Shown: positions 48,001-60,480, counted from the first letter of the whole stretch. The stretch: DNA of 63,517 nt, filler included, from Saprolegnia diclina VS20 (GCF_000281045.1; 7 parts of 3 records of this genome joined end to end with filler, not necessarily neighbours in it); one strand, 5' to 3'. Notes: generated by a model from the sequence alone, not told the origin. Translations and numbers: made by a program.

Positions 48001-48925
48001 CACGAGACCATCGTGTCAGTCTCGCGAATAGCAACCCAGACCTTGAGCTGGGCGTTGACGTTGCCGTACGACACCATGACGGCCTTGGGCTCGGACGTCG
48101 AGCCAGACGAGTACTGGAAGAAGGCCAAATCGTCAAACGAGCACTCGACGTCAGTGTAGCTACACACATTGATGCATGAGATATTGCAACAGCCAGCGCA
48201 ATTGGAGCATACAATTCGGCCATTGAGTCAGCCACGGCGTCCGAGGACACCCAGCTGACGTCCTTGGGCCACGAGACGGCATCGTTGGTGAAGAAGTTCT
48301 TGGCCGTCGCGAGCTGCGTCGCCATGTAGTACGCACGGTTGGTCAAAATAACCTTGGCGCCCGAGTCGGCAACCATGCGGTTAAACTTGGGCAGGTCCTT
48401 GGCGAGCGTGCCCGGGTACGGCGGGTAGACGGGCACGGCCGTCGCACCGGCGTAGAGGCAACCCCAAAAGCCCAGCGCGAAATCCAGGCCCGGAGGATAC
48501 GCGAGCATGACGCGGTCGCCCTTTTGGAGGTTCGCGTCCTTCTGCAGCGTGGCTGCGACGCCGCGGGCCGCGCGGTCAATGTCGCCAAAGGTGAGGTTGA
48601 CGCTTTCGCGCCCACGGTCGTCGAGGAACGTGTAGACGACCTTGTCGGGCATGTCGATGGCCCGCTGCTTCATGAGCTCGGCGATCGAGAGCTCATGGTA
48701 GGCGGCGGTCTTGACGCTGTTGACGCGGGCGCGCTTGGCGTCGTGGAGCGGCTCGTCCGTCACGTCGCCCGAGACCGTCGGCTTGAGCATCGGCTTGGGC
48801 GGGCAGCGCGGGCTGCTCTCAAACTTGCGCTTGCGCGTGCAGAAGAAAGCAGTCGCGCCGACTGTGACAGCCGCGGCGACGGCGGCAGCGCTCGCCGGGT
48901 CCAGCGCGATCGCCAAGGCGTCCAT
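45062..48925 (-). CDS. FAAL-ACP-alpha-oxoamine synthase (AOS) tridomain fusion, copy B (complete)
   Basis: FAAL motifs through LRSGDMGF, RLKDLIIIRGRN, IPKTTSGKIQRR; ACP GMDS; AOS YNYLG, DILNHNS, FPHND, EGVYSMDGD, VDEAHS, GTMSKSLG (PLP Lys). Introns ~48160-48212, ~47887-47941, ~47522-47584. Confidence 0.93.
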
Positions 48926-50084
48926 CGTGCAGTCAATTGCGAGGCAAGAGGGAAAGTGGTTGCAAAATTATTGCATCCCCGAAAGCGTCACCAGGTGGCG
49001 AGTAGAAAACCCGGCGTTGGCACATGGAAAGGACGGAAGACATGGGCGTTACTCACATTGGCCACGGTACAGAGCACACGCCGGGCCACCGCGGGGTGGC
49101 TGCAACGACGCGCCCATAACGTACATAGCAATTTGAGAGCTTGCAACGTCCATGATGCCGTCGCCAAAGCCCGCGACTTGGTCCCTTCCGGGACCCGAGG
49201 CGAAAATTACGACGACAGCGATGGGTCGTGTCGCTCCTCCAGAAGATCACGGCCAGCGATGCCGGGTGGCATACAAACCACAAGTCACAGCGGGTGGTGC
49301 TCACGCAGTAACTTCATTTTGGCTCGCGAGACCAGACCAGCAGGTTTTAGCCGATGGTTGCCAAAAAGGGGTACCGCCCTGTCCGCACGACGCGTCCTGC
49401 CAGCGTTTTGCACGACCCTCCATGTCGATCGATCGACTCGTGTCGACTGCATACGTCGTAAACACGCTTGCGATATGCGAGCTAGCACTGTGGCGTCGTC
49501 CGAGCTCGTGCGTGGGGCTTGGGGCGAATGTACTCTTTTAGGCGAATTCCACGCGCGCGGTGCAAAGACGGCACGTTCCCAGAACAAAACCACCTTTTCT
49601 GTCACGCAGCAACGAAGGGAACCACGTTATGTCGTACAACGCGAAGCGAATCTTACGACGTGGCGCGCTGCCAGCAATGTGCTAAGAACGTAGCGAGCGC
49701 GGTTTCCAGTGTTCCCGTGGCAACAACTTGTACATTGGTTCTAGTTGGTACGTACATGAGTCGAGTCGTTCCGTCGTCGTAGACAGGCCATCGCGGGTGG
49801 GTGGTCATTGACAAGCTTGGACTTACAACTGGTGGCGGGTAGAGAGCACGGCATACGATCTGCCAATCGCGTCGAGAGGCCCGTGCGACATGGTCGCTTG
49901 ACGTAGATGGTGTCACCCGCCACGACCTCTGCGATCAACCTCCGACACCAATTCCGGCGCAACATGATAACGTTAGGTGCCTCATTTCGTAGCAAGGTGC
50001 AGCTTCCGTCGACTCGACGTCGCACGCCGCCATCGTCAACGCTCAATGAACTTCGGAGCTAATACAGGATGATTGACTTCCATT

Positions 50085-51926
50085 TTATGACGTCGTGGTG
50101 CGCAGACTGTCCATGATGCGGACAAGCGCCTGCACGGTGCGAATGAGGTCGGCTTCGGTGTGCAAGTACGAGATGAAGAAGCGCAGTCGGCACTTGCCCT
50201 CCTCGACGGCCGGGTGCACGATCGGCTTGACGTTGATCNNNNNNNNNNNNNNNNNNNNNNNNNNNNNNNNNNNNNNNNNNNNTTAATTAATTAANNNNNN
50301 NNNNNNNNNNNNNNNNNNNNNNNNNNNNNNNNNNNNNNCCTTGGATCCAAATCTCACCGACGGCGTTGTCCTTGAGCTGCACATGCGTCTCGGGGTCGAC
50401 AACGATGACCTTAAAGGTCGGCATGGCAATACCACAGCCGACAAGCGTGCACGTATCGACAGGGTGGTAGCCCTTGGGTGCGTCCACAGCCTTCTTGCGT
50501 TGTTCGAGATCGCTCTTCTTAAGGACGAGGACAGTCGGGTCCTGGAGCTTGTACGGGTCTTGGCCCGTCACAACGAGCGTCACCTCGGCGAGGCCGTAGC
50601 CGCAGTTGAACGTTTTGGGGTTGAAGCCCGCGGGACCAAAGGTCTCGGTGAATGCGTTGAGCGACTCGATGCGAATGGGCTCGGCTGCACAAATACACTG
50701 ACGCAAGTGGCGAAGGTCGAGCTTGGCGACCTGCGCCTTGGACGTCTTGCGGGCCACGAGTGCATAGCCAAAGTTTGGGGCGCACACGTGCGTGCCCTTG
50801 TACTGCGACGCCACACGCATCCAGAGCGCAGGGTCCTTGATGAACGCCAGCGGCGACATTGAGATACACCGAGCACCTGGACAAGTGCAAAGTGAGAAAG
50901 GCCAAGTGCAAAGTGGGATTGAAGTGCATACCAGTCGAACACGGCACGAGGATGAAGCCGACGAGGCCCATGTCGTGGTACGACGGCAGCCAAGACACCA
51001 TCGTGTCGTCTTCGCGGATCGACGCCCACGTCTTAAGCTGCGCGTGGATGTTGCCGTGCGAGATCATGACGGCCTTGGGCTCGGACGTCGAGCCGGACGA
51101 GTACTGGAAGAACGCAATGTCGTCAAAGGTACACTCGACCGGCGTGTAGCTACAAGCGCAGCGTCAGCACCTCAAAAGCAAACGCAGTAAGTACTTGTCG
51201 GCCATCGCCGATGCAATCGCGTCGGTCGAAAACCACTGAATGTCCTTGGGCCACGTGACCGAGCTCGAGAAGAAGCTCTTGGCGGTCGCGAGCTGCGTCG
51301 CCATGTAATACGTGCGGTTGGTCAAGATGACCTTGGCGCCCGAATCGTCGACCATGCGGTTAAACTTGGGGAGGTCCTTGGCGAGCGTGCCCGGGTACGG
51401 CGGGTAGACGGGAATGCCGATCGCACCGGCGTAGAGGCAACCCCAAAAGCCCATGGCAAAGTCGAGGCCCGGAGGATACGCGAGCATGACACGGTCGCCC
51501 TTCTTCAAACCTAGCTCCACCTTGAACCATTGTCAAAGCATCGATAGGCATACCTGCATCTTGCTGCAAAGTGGCGGCCACGCGGCGGGCAGCACGGTCG
51601 ACGTCCGCAAACGTGAGGTTGACGCTCTCCTTCCCGGCGTCGTCGAGGAAGGTGTAGACAACCTTGTCGGGCGTCTCGAGGGCGCGGCGTTTGAGGATGT
51701 CCACGATGGCTTCGTTCTCGACCTTGGTCTTGGCCCGACGCGCCTTGGTCTTGCGCGTCTTGCTCGACGGCGTCGTCACGACCTTCTCCTCGTCGTCGGC
51801 CCAGAGCGAATCGACGGACGACTCGAGCGCCTTGGACGACGATGGCTGCAGCATGTTGAGGAGCATCGTAAGGAACGCGACAAGCGCGAGCTTGATCGTG
51901 TCGACAATCAACGTCGGCTTGACCAT
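50085..51926 (-). CDS. FAAL-(ACP)-AOS fusion, copy C (middle hidden by spacer 50239-50338)
   Basis: FAAL part 50339-51926 (ISHGN, SWLPSYHDMGLVG, YGLAEVTL, GEIWIQ); AOS C-terminus 50085-50238 (INVKPIVHPAV...MDSLRTTTS*). Confidence 0.88.
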
Positions 51927-52386
51927 CCTACTGTGAGTACTCGTAGCGGCGGTGCAACTTGGGAATTGACTGCCGTGTCTTTTTCGGCGCGGGTTTCGTC
52001 CGCGGATAAGCTCTGGGAGGCTGCCAGGTGGCGGCGGGGCGACCTAGATTGCGCACGAAACTTTAAAATAGCTGAGCGTTTGTATGAAATGATATGCGAG
52101 CAAGAGGTGCGTCACCGCGCCGGTGTCAACTCGACAGGGTCGAGATAAGTTCCTTCAGGAAAGAGCTAGATACGTTGTTACAAAAGAGTTGACAGAGGCA
52201 TTTTGCTAATGACTCTTCGTATATAGAAGCGTTTGCATTGAATTGAGGGAATTTTTGATTGAACCCGACGTTGTTGGCTTGTGAGANNNNNNNNNNNNNN
52301 NNNNNNNNNNNNNNNNNNNNNNNNNNNNNNTTAATTAATTAANNNNNNNNNNNNNNNNNNNNNNNNNNNNNNNNNNNNNNNNNNNN

Positions 52387-53217
52387 ACGGACGCTCCGAC
52401 GCCTGCACCGACGCCTGCACCTACGGACGCTCCGACGCCTGCTCCGACGCCTGCACCTACTCCGGCGCCCACGCCGTCTCCAACGTGGGGGGCCGCGATC
52501 ACGGGCTCTTACAAGGATGTGGCTGCAAACGACAACGTCGTCTGCTTACTCAAGAACGGCAACGGCAACGAACTCTTGTGTACTACATCACAAGCGATGC
52601 CTCTTCAACCGACTTCACGCGGGTCGGGCAAGACCCTTCCCGCTGTCGGTGGCAACTACATCGTGCAATACGACGGCAGCAGCTCTACATTTTTCCTCCA
52701 GTGGATCAACTCGCAGTCTCAACCATCCAGCGAGAAGACGGGTTTGACCACCGTTGATCAACTTTCGACCGACGGCACGAACATTTGCGCAACGTTTAGC
52801 AGCACCACGAAGTGCGGCACACTCCGGCTAAATAACGGAAACCGCGTCTGGAAGACCACAACCAACAACTTCTTGTCGACGGCCATGACCGCCAACAGCA
52901 TGACGATGTTCGGGCTCAACAACAACAAAAACTTAAACCGTGCCGCCGTCGCCGGCATCACGAGCGGCACCGTCTCATGGTCGCTAGTGACGGCGCCAGC
53001 CTTTACCAAAATTGCGTATGACGGCAAGCGCGTGTGCGGCATCAAGACGGACCAGTCGATCGTATGCACGACCAGCAATCTTACGTCCCTCATGCCGCCA
53101 ACGTGGTCGGCGCCGCTGCCTCAGAGCAATTGGAAGAGCCTTGCCCTCAGCAACGACAATATCTACGCGGTCAGCTCGACCAACTCTGTCCAAAGAATCG
53201 CGGCTCCGATCCTGTAG
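52387..53217 (+). CDS. 3' part of a PT-repeat (mucin-like) protein with a C-terminal tectonin/beta-propeller-like domain
   Basis: TDAPTPAPTPAPT repeats in frame with repeated blades (YKDVAANDNVVC, VDQLSTDGTNIC, FTKIAYDGKRVCGI, WKSLALSNDNIYAV); 5' end in gap. Confidence 0.65.
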   Translation, partial: TDAPTPAPTPAPTDAPTPAPTPAPTPAPTPSPTWGAAITGSYKDVAANDNVVCLLKNGNGNELLCTTSQAMPLQPTSRGSGKTLPAVGGNYIVQYDGSSSTFFLQWINSQSQPSSEKTGLTTVDQLSTDGTNICATFSSTTKCGTLRLNNGNRVWKTTTNNFLSTAMTANSMTMFGLNNNKNLNRAAVAGITSGTVSWSLVTAPAFTKIAYDGKRVCGIKTDQSIVCTTSNLTSLMPPTWSAPLPQSNWKSLALSNDNIYAVSSTNSVQRIAAPIL

Positions 53218-55128
53218 ATTTTCTATCGATACATAATACATGCAACTATGCTTTGTCGCCGATTTCTGGACTGGTGTTGACGTGCTGGTCAAGGTGGTCG
53301 CATGGTGTCGCGATGCAGTACAGTACAGTGTAGGAGACCCACAAGTAGCAGAAGACTGGAACCCTCTGATCACCGTCAGCTCGTACAAGTAGACATGGCA
53401 TGACCCAGCACACTGGAGCGACAACTTATAGTATATATATTGTCGGTGGGTGTCCATGACGGACATGGCGTGATCGACTGCAGCAGGGAGGGAGAACATC
53501 TAACACTCGTAGACTCGACGCTTGCCGAGAACGTACGCACGCCGATTGGCGACTTGCTTGTAGGTCAGCATCTCGCGGAACCGACACTCGTGTTTGAGAA
53601 ACTCGGCGCGAAGCCATGTGAGAATCGACTTAGCCCCCAACGATGCCTTTGTTCACACGACGACGCTTTGAGGCACGACGAGCGGTTCTTGCAGCGCTTC
53701 CATGTCGACGTTTGCCGCGGCAAGGTACGTCCATGGCATCGGCACGAGGCTCGTTGTGTCGGTTCAGCTCGATGACCTCGATGCCGACGGTTTCCTTTGC
53801 GACCTTCTTGACGACGAGGCGGATTCATAGCTGCATGACCCATGCAGCTTCGTGTAACACCAGTAGACCTTGCCCCGTTTCTTTTTCAGATTGTACTCGA
53901 TGAGCATGGCGGCCTGCGTCGTCGTCATGTACTGCTTGGCCCATTGTTCGGCAGCATTTACATCGAACGCCAAGTGCAAAACAACTGCCGACACCTCCGA
54001 CGTCGACACGACCGACGACACGGGCAGCGACGACTTCGACAAAGTCACTGGCAGCGATGGCACCATGTTCGGCATCGCAGAAGTAAGACCGCAGCAATGG
54101 CTGCATCGTCAAGTCCCCGGGAACGCATCAAAGCAATGTGGCGAGTACATGTGGCATCGATGCGCGACAATCACGATCGTAGCGTGTGCACTTGTGATAG
54201 TGCACGGCAGCGCTGTAGAATTATGTGCGCGATAGTGCACGTGATATCGATGGGTCCTGCGCGGTAGCGCGGGACCTTGAAGCTACGCGTTGTTTCATTG
54301 TGTTAGATCAATGAGTTAGATCGCGATGTTAGGATCGTATCTGGATTTCGCATTCGCTCTGCAGGTTTCAATTGCAATTCGCGTGCCAAGCACAGAGCAA
54401 AAGATCTGGTCATGGTGCGGACGCCAGTTTCGCGGGCCGAGCGCAAGCGCAATGAGCGGAAGAGCCAAGCTACACGCGCCATGGCAGGAGTGACTGCGAT
54501 TGAGAAGGCCAAGGAGCTGAAGCGAAAGATCGCCGCGAGGCAGAGGCGACGGTAGCGAAGCAAGGCGTCGACCGCGACCGCCACTGCACCTCCAGGCGAA
54601 GCGCGTGCGTGCAGCGGCCGCGCCTGTCACAGTAGAATCGCTGGGCCTGCAAATCCGAGTAGCGATTCTTTAAACCACCTCATGAACGTTATCCATCCTG
54701 CATCATTCCGCGATGCTGCAGCAAGCTGTTGTGGCTGTAAGAAATCCTAGCCACGCAGTGTGCCACGGTACAGCATCTCAGACTCTGAGATGTGTGGGGT
54801 GGAATGCAAATATGAAAGTGATATTGTTCGTTATATAAGCTAGACCATGGGTAATCTGTGCATAGTGTGTGGTTCAGTTGGTCTAGATCAGTTGTCGGTG
54901 TGTGATTTCCAACAGTGGCCTCTATATGTGAAGCGTCCTGCTATGTAGTATTGGACCCAAGTGCCGAAATGATGCGAAGGGTGAGGCGGCTCTAACAATA
55001 ACGACCCACATCAAAGCGAGATCGAGACGATGCACCACCCTCACTGCACAATATAAAAATGAAATTGACGTTGACACCACTGGAGCTCTACAAAGAATTC
55101 ACCAGGTGCACCATATCGCAGCGGAGGC

Positions 55129-58100
55129 TGTACCGTAGTGTCGTTTCCGGCTGAAGGCCGGTAGCGGTCCGCTGGCCACCGCTGTCGTACACAGACGGCC
55201 AAGCGCAGAGACCAAAGGGATTCACTTCGTTGCTATTTGGGGATTAAGTGCTCTCCTACTGGTGGGTGTGTATTGTCGCCACCCCGTCTCTACGTGCCTG
55301 GTCGCACCTTGTCGGGACTGCAAAGGGGCGTGTGATTAGCCAGGATCACCACAGGACCCCCGGCGGCTACCGGCCGTCGGAAAAAGGTGATCCTGTTGGT
55401 TGTCTACACCACCGGGACGAAAAGGCAGTCGACCAAGTCGATCGTCGCATCTGCATCCTGGGCTTCGTTGGGACGGTTGATCTTGTTGTTGAACTCGACG
55501 ATGAGGTGGTCGTCGACGTCGTCACGTTGGGCCCAGCGAACCACACCGTCGTCGCACCGCACCCGCCACGAGTACTTGGCGTGCCCAAGGCGATCGCGGC
55601 CGCGGTGTCGCCGGCACTGGAGGACTTCGGTCGGGCGNNNNNNNNNNNNNNNNNNNNNNNNNNNNNNNNNNNNNNNNNNNNNNNNNNNNNNNNNNNNNNN
55701 NNNNNNNNNNNNNNNNNNNNNNNNNNNNNNNNNNNNNNNNNNNNNNNNNNNNNNNNNNNNNNNNNNNNNNNNNNNNNNNNNNNNNNNNNNNNNNNNNNNN
55801 NNNNNNNNNNNNNNNNNNNNNNNNNNNNNNNNNNNNNNNNNNNNNNNNNNNNNNNNNNNNNNNNNNNNNNNNNNNNNNNNNNNNNNNNNNNNNNNNNNNN
55901 NNNNNNNNNNNNNNNNNNNNNNNNNNNNNNNNNNNNNNNNNNNNNNNNNNNNNNNNNNNNNNACCTGCATCGAGCCACCGTTGGTACTTGGCGTTGATGG
56001 CCGCTTGGTTGCGCGCCCTTGCTGCGTCGTTGGCGGCTCGGATCTCATCGGCGATCTTGACCGTCTGCGGGAGGATCTTCTCGACAAAGTCTTGGCAGTC
56101 GTCGTACTCGGGCCCTTGGCGGCGGCGGAGCATTCGCTCGGTCGGCGTGTACGGCTCGCGCATGAAGAACGCGTAGAACGGTGCAAAGCCTGTCACAGCG
56201 TGGATGCTGCGGTTGTACGACGAGGTCACAGTCGGCAAGTGCACGTCCCAGTCATCTCGGGCGAGGATGAGAGCGCGGAGCCGTTCTTTGACCGTCCGGT
56301 TCACTCGTTCGACTACGCCGTTGGCTCGAAGTCGGCACGCTGTCGTCGGACAGTGCTTGACGTTGTACATGGTGTAGAGGCACCGCGAGACCTTGGCCAT
56401 GTACGCTTGACCCCGGTCGGAAACCAGCACTCGTGGTGCTCCAAAAGGCTGGATAACAAAGTTGTGCAGCACCATCGCCGTCGTCTCCGCCGACTTGTCA
56501 CGGACTGGCAGGCACCAGATGTAGCGTGTGAAGAGGTCCGTGACGACGAGGACGTACTTGTTGCCGTTGGCCGTAGGGACACTGAGCAGGTCCGCGTGGT
56601 CTGCCGCGAGCGCGTCCATCGGGGCGTATCCGACGCGTGGGCTCCCACTGGGTGCGCGCGTGGTGTGGCGTGGGTGCTTGGACTCTTCACACCCAATACA
56701 CCGCTTCACGAACGAAGTGACATCGCCGAGCATGCCTGGCCAATACGACGTCAAGGCGAGTTTGTCGAGAGTCTCTTGGATGCCGCCATGAGACTCATCG
56801 ACGCCGGCATGTGCGCCGGCGACCAGCTCCCGTCGGAGTGACGAGGGGATCATGGCAACTGGGCGGCCCGGTCCGACGCCTCGAAGGTAAGCGGGCCGAG
56901 TTGTCACCTTACAAAGCACGCCATCCATCATCGTGTAGTCGGCGACGTCTTCGAGCTTGTACCGGATCGGCCGGCCATCGTCATGTTGCTCGAGGTACTC
57001 AATAAACCCGGCCATCCATCGGACGCCAAGTTGGCCTTGCCGGATCCGCTGATTGCGTAACGCGTCAGCAGTGCTTGCATCGTCCGTGGCTTCAATGGTT
57101 GCTGACACCGCGTCCTGGTCCGGGGCGCTATACGGGGGAACGCACCCCCACGGTGGTAGCGGCCGGTTCGCGTCGACCCACGATTGGACAACCTCGGCGT
57201 TGATGGCCTTCCGATCGGCAATCCCTTGTCGGTCCACTGGCGGCTGGTCGTCCATGACCCAATTGGCGGCGAAGTCGGCAGCGCCGTTGTACTCGCGAGT
57301 CACATGGTAGAGCACCCACGCGTCGAAGCCGCTGAGGATCTGCGTGATCGTCGAGATGCGCTTCCGGAGGCCCTCTTCCTTGGGGACAAAAACTCGGTGG
57401 ACGAGGTTGCAGATGAGTTCGGAGTCCGAGAACGCCACAACGGTACGGCTCCCGCGTCCCCGCGCGGCCCTGAGCGCGGCTTCGAGGCCAGCGGCTTCCT
57501 GCTGGTTGACAGTCGCAGTGCCCGGGCCCGATCCGCCGCCAGCTTCGAGCAGGGTGCGGCCATGGCTGTCCCACATGCAGAACCCGTGGCCACTCGTCTC
57601 CCCGCCGCGGTTGGCTCCATCGCTCGACACGATAACCGCGTCTTCGCCCATATGGTGAGCATGCGCGACTGCCCATCGAAGTTTTGGGTTCCACGTGTAC
57701 ACCTGGATCACTGCGCCGCCGAGGTGGTGCCGCCATTGGCGCACTCCGAGCAGGAGCGCCATCATCGTCTTCTCCACGGGTGTATAGCGGAGCTCACATT
57801 CGTTCAGCGTTGCGCTAGCAAACGCGATCGGCCGTTCGCCATCGGCTGACGTCTGCGAGAGCACGCACCCGATCGTCGAGAAGTCAGACCCGACCGTGAG
57901 GTTAAACGGGGCATCGGGCGTCGGGACTTGAAGCGCGACCATGTCGTTCACGAGGCGCACGATATGCGCGACGGCGTCTTCCCCTTCTTGGCCGAGTGTA
58001 AGGGCGCCCGGCGTCGCGACCTTCGAGAAGAGTGGCGCCGCCGCGGTTGCGAAACCCGGCATGAACCGTCGGTAGTACACTGCGCGGCCCAGGAACTCCC

Positions 58101-60480
58101 GCAGCTGGTCCGTGGTCTCAATCGTCGGGGCAGACACGATGCTGCGAACGAGACTGCCCTAGGTCTTGACGACGCCATTGCCTTTTAGCACATGGCCGAG
58201 GTACTCGACCCGCTTGGCGCCCCACACGCACTTCTCCCGTCGCAGCGTCCATCCGACTTCTCGTACCCGGGCCATCGCGAGCGCCACATGGTGCCTGTGC
58301 TCTTCTTCGGTGCGCGAGTGAATGATGATGTCGTCGATGTATACCTCGATAAACCGACCGACGTAGTCGCCAAACGTGTCGAGCATGAACGCTTGCATCG
58401 CGCCCGCCGAGTTGACGCCGCCCATGAGCATCCCCGTCGGCTCGAACGCGCCGTCTTCCGTGACAAATACAAACTTGGCGCCGTCCGCGCCGGCGAACCG
58501 CACTTGCCAAAACGACGACGCGAGGTCGAGAAGTGTAAAGTACGTCGACTTGGCGACGCGCTCGAGCAGGTCCCAGATGCGCGGCAATGGGTTGACGACG
58601 ACGACAGTGTTCTTGTTGTTTTGACGAAGGTCGTTCACCATACGCCACTGGCTTGGGTCGTCGGGGTCGGCCATGTTGCCCTTGGGTCGGAGGAACGCCG
58701 GGTGGCCCCACTCGCTGGCTTCGACTTGCTTGGCCATGCCGTCTCGCACCATCTGCCGCACGAGCTCGCGCAAAATGCGCCGCTTCCTCGGGTCCATCGG
58801 GTAGTGGCTGAGGCGGATAGGGCTCCCGCGTACTTCCACGCGGTGCTCATACTTCCTTGTTTGTCGCACTGGCTCACCACGCCGTGCGAAGACCGCGTCA
58901 AACTCACGGAGGATCAACTGCACCCACGGCGGAAGTTCCTCGTCCGTCGTGAGCGCGATGATCTCGGCAGCATGGTCGTCGGTCGGATTGATGACCTCGA
59001 CTGATCGGTCGCTTGCCGTGTTGAGCACCACGCGGTCACGCAGCGTCGTCATGGAAACCTCGTGAGTCAGGATAAAGTCCATTCCCAAGATGCCGTCATA
59101 CCCGAGGTCGGGGGACACCACAAACGAGTGGCACATTGTGGTCTCACCAAGCTGGACCGTCACCGTACAGCATCCAAGGTCGTCGATGGGCCGCCCACTC
59201 CCCACAATCGTCGGCGGAATGGGTGCAGCGAGGGCCGTCCGAGCTCGCGCCACTGTCGTGCCGAAATCAGCGACACCATGGCGCCCGTGTCGAACAGCAT
59301 CTCGACCGGCACGTCGTTGCACGTAGTCGGGACGACTAGCTGGGCGAACCCGTCGCGTGCGAGGGCTCGTCGCTCTACGTGCACCGTCGCGACAGTGCGC
59401 AGCATGTCCGGCCCCGCCTTGACGAGTCGTGCGTGCCCATCGGGGCCATCTTCCCAACGCCGGTAGTGCGGTCGCCAGTGCTCTTTCCGCGGTCCGACCG
59501 CGTCCCACGCAGGGTACACTGCCACGCATGGTCGTTGGTCGTGAGCATAGGCGTCCGTTGCCGCTGCGTCGTCGCTGTTTCCCGACATGCCGTCGTTGGT
59601 ATCTTCCGCTGCACCCTCGTCGGCGTCCCTCGACACGTCGTCGGCGGCGCCACCTCCCGCGTCTTCGACGATGCCTTCTGACGCACTTCCGACGTCGTTG
59701 TCACCTGCGTACTCGTCGACGCCTTCTGCGGCGTCTTCGCCGACATCTTCCGCCGCGTCTTCGTCGACGCCCTCTGCTGTTGTCTCGGCGCCTTCTGTCG
59801 CGTCTTCGTCGACGCCTTCTGCCGCGTCTTCATCGGCGACTTCTGCATTATCGCCGTCGTCGGCGTCTTCATGGTCCCCGCCGTCGTCGGCGTCATCGTT
59901 CTCCTCGCCATCGTCGGCGTCTTCATCATGATTGGCCACTTCTCCTTGGTCTTCTTCTCGGTCGTTGAGCACCGTACATCCTTCTTCTTCTCTCGCAGCC
60001 ACGGCTGCGGCTTGCCTGGCGGCCTTGGCTGCCGCTCTCTTCACCTTCTTGGCTGCCGCTCGCCGGGCCTTTCGTGCTGCCCGGATCGCCGCCCTCTCAC
60101 TGTCGCAGTCCACGTCCGGCCGTGCCGTCATAATTTGTACTGGTATTGCGGGCTGCATCGGCGTCGGGGCCATCGTCGCCGTCTCTTCGTTTGTCATCAT
60201 CCTTCTACCTTGTCTTCCTTGAGCTTCTCGTCCTTGTGCGACCGCCGGGGTAGCTCCTACTGGCGGTCTCGCCCAAAAACCGGCGCATCCGGGTTGCCGG
60301 TGACGGGAAACTGCGCAGGCGACGGGTGTAGGTGTGTTGTCTGGGCGATTGGCGCGCGGAAGGCCCAGCTGCCCTCGCCGGCGCTCTGGTCGTTTGTGCT
60401 CGCGGACGTCGTCGTCGTCGTGTCGGGCCCAGCGGCGTTTCTCAGGGCGTCTTGTCGTGCTCCGTCGCACGCGTCCGTCA
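55129..60480 (-). mobile_element. Ty3/Gypsy retrotransposon with extra archaeal-type RNase H and chromodomain-like tail; defective, 5' truncated
   Basis: PR LFDTGA; RT LDLASSFWQV, YIDDIII; RH; aRH SDGANRGG/NQQEAAGL/FSDSELI/HVTREYNGAADFAAN; IN H2C2 and SDRGQ, ANGVVERVN. Frameshift ~59190, in-frame TAG at 58159. Putative 3' LTR ~55129-55353 has no partner; boundaries tentative. Confidence 0.88.

Noticed and set aside
42209..51926. FAAL-ACP-AOS genes as bacterial contamination
   Set aside because: They carry spliceosomal introns and host-like codon usage.
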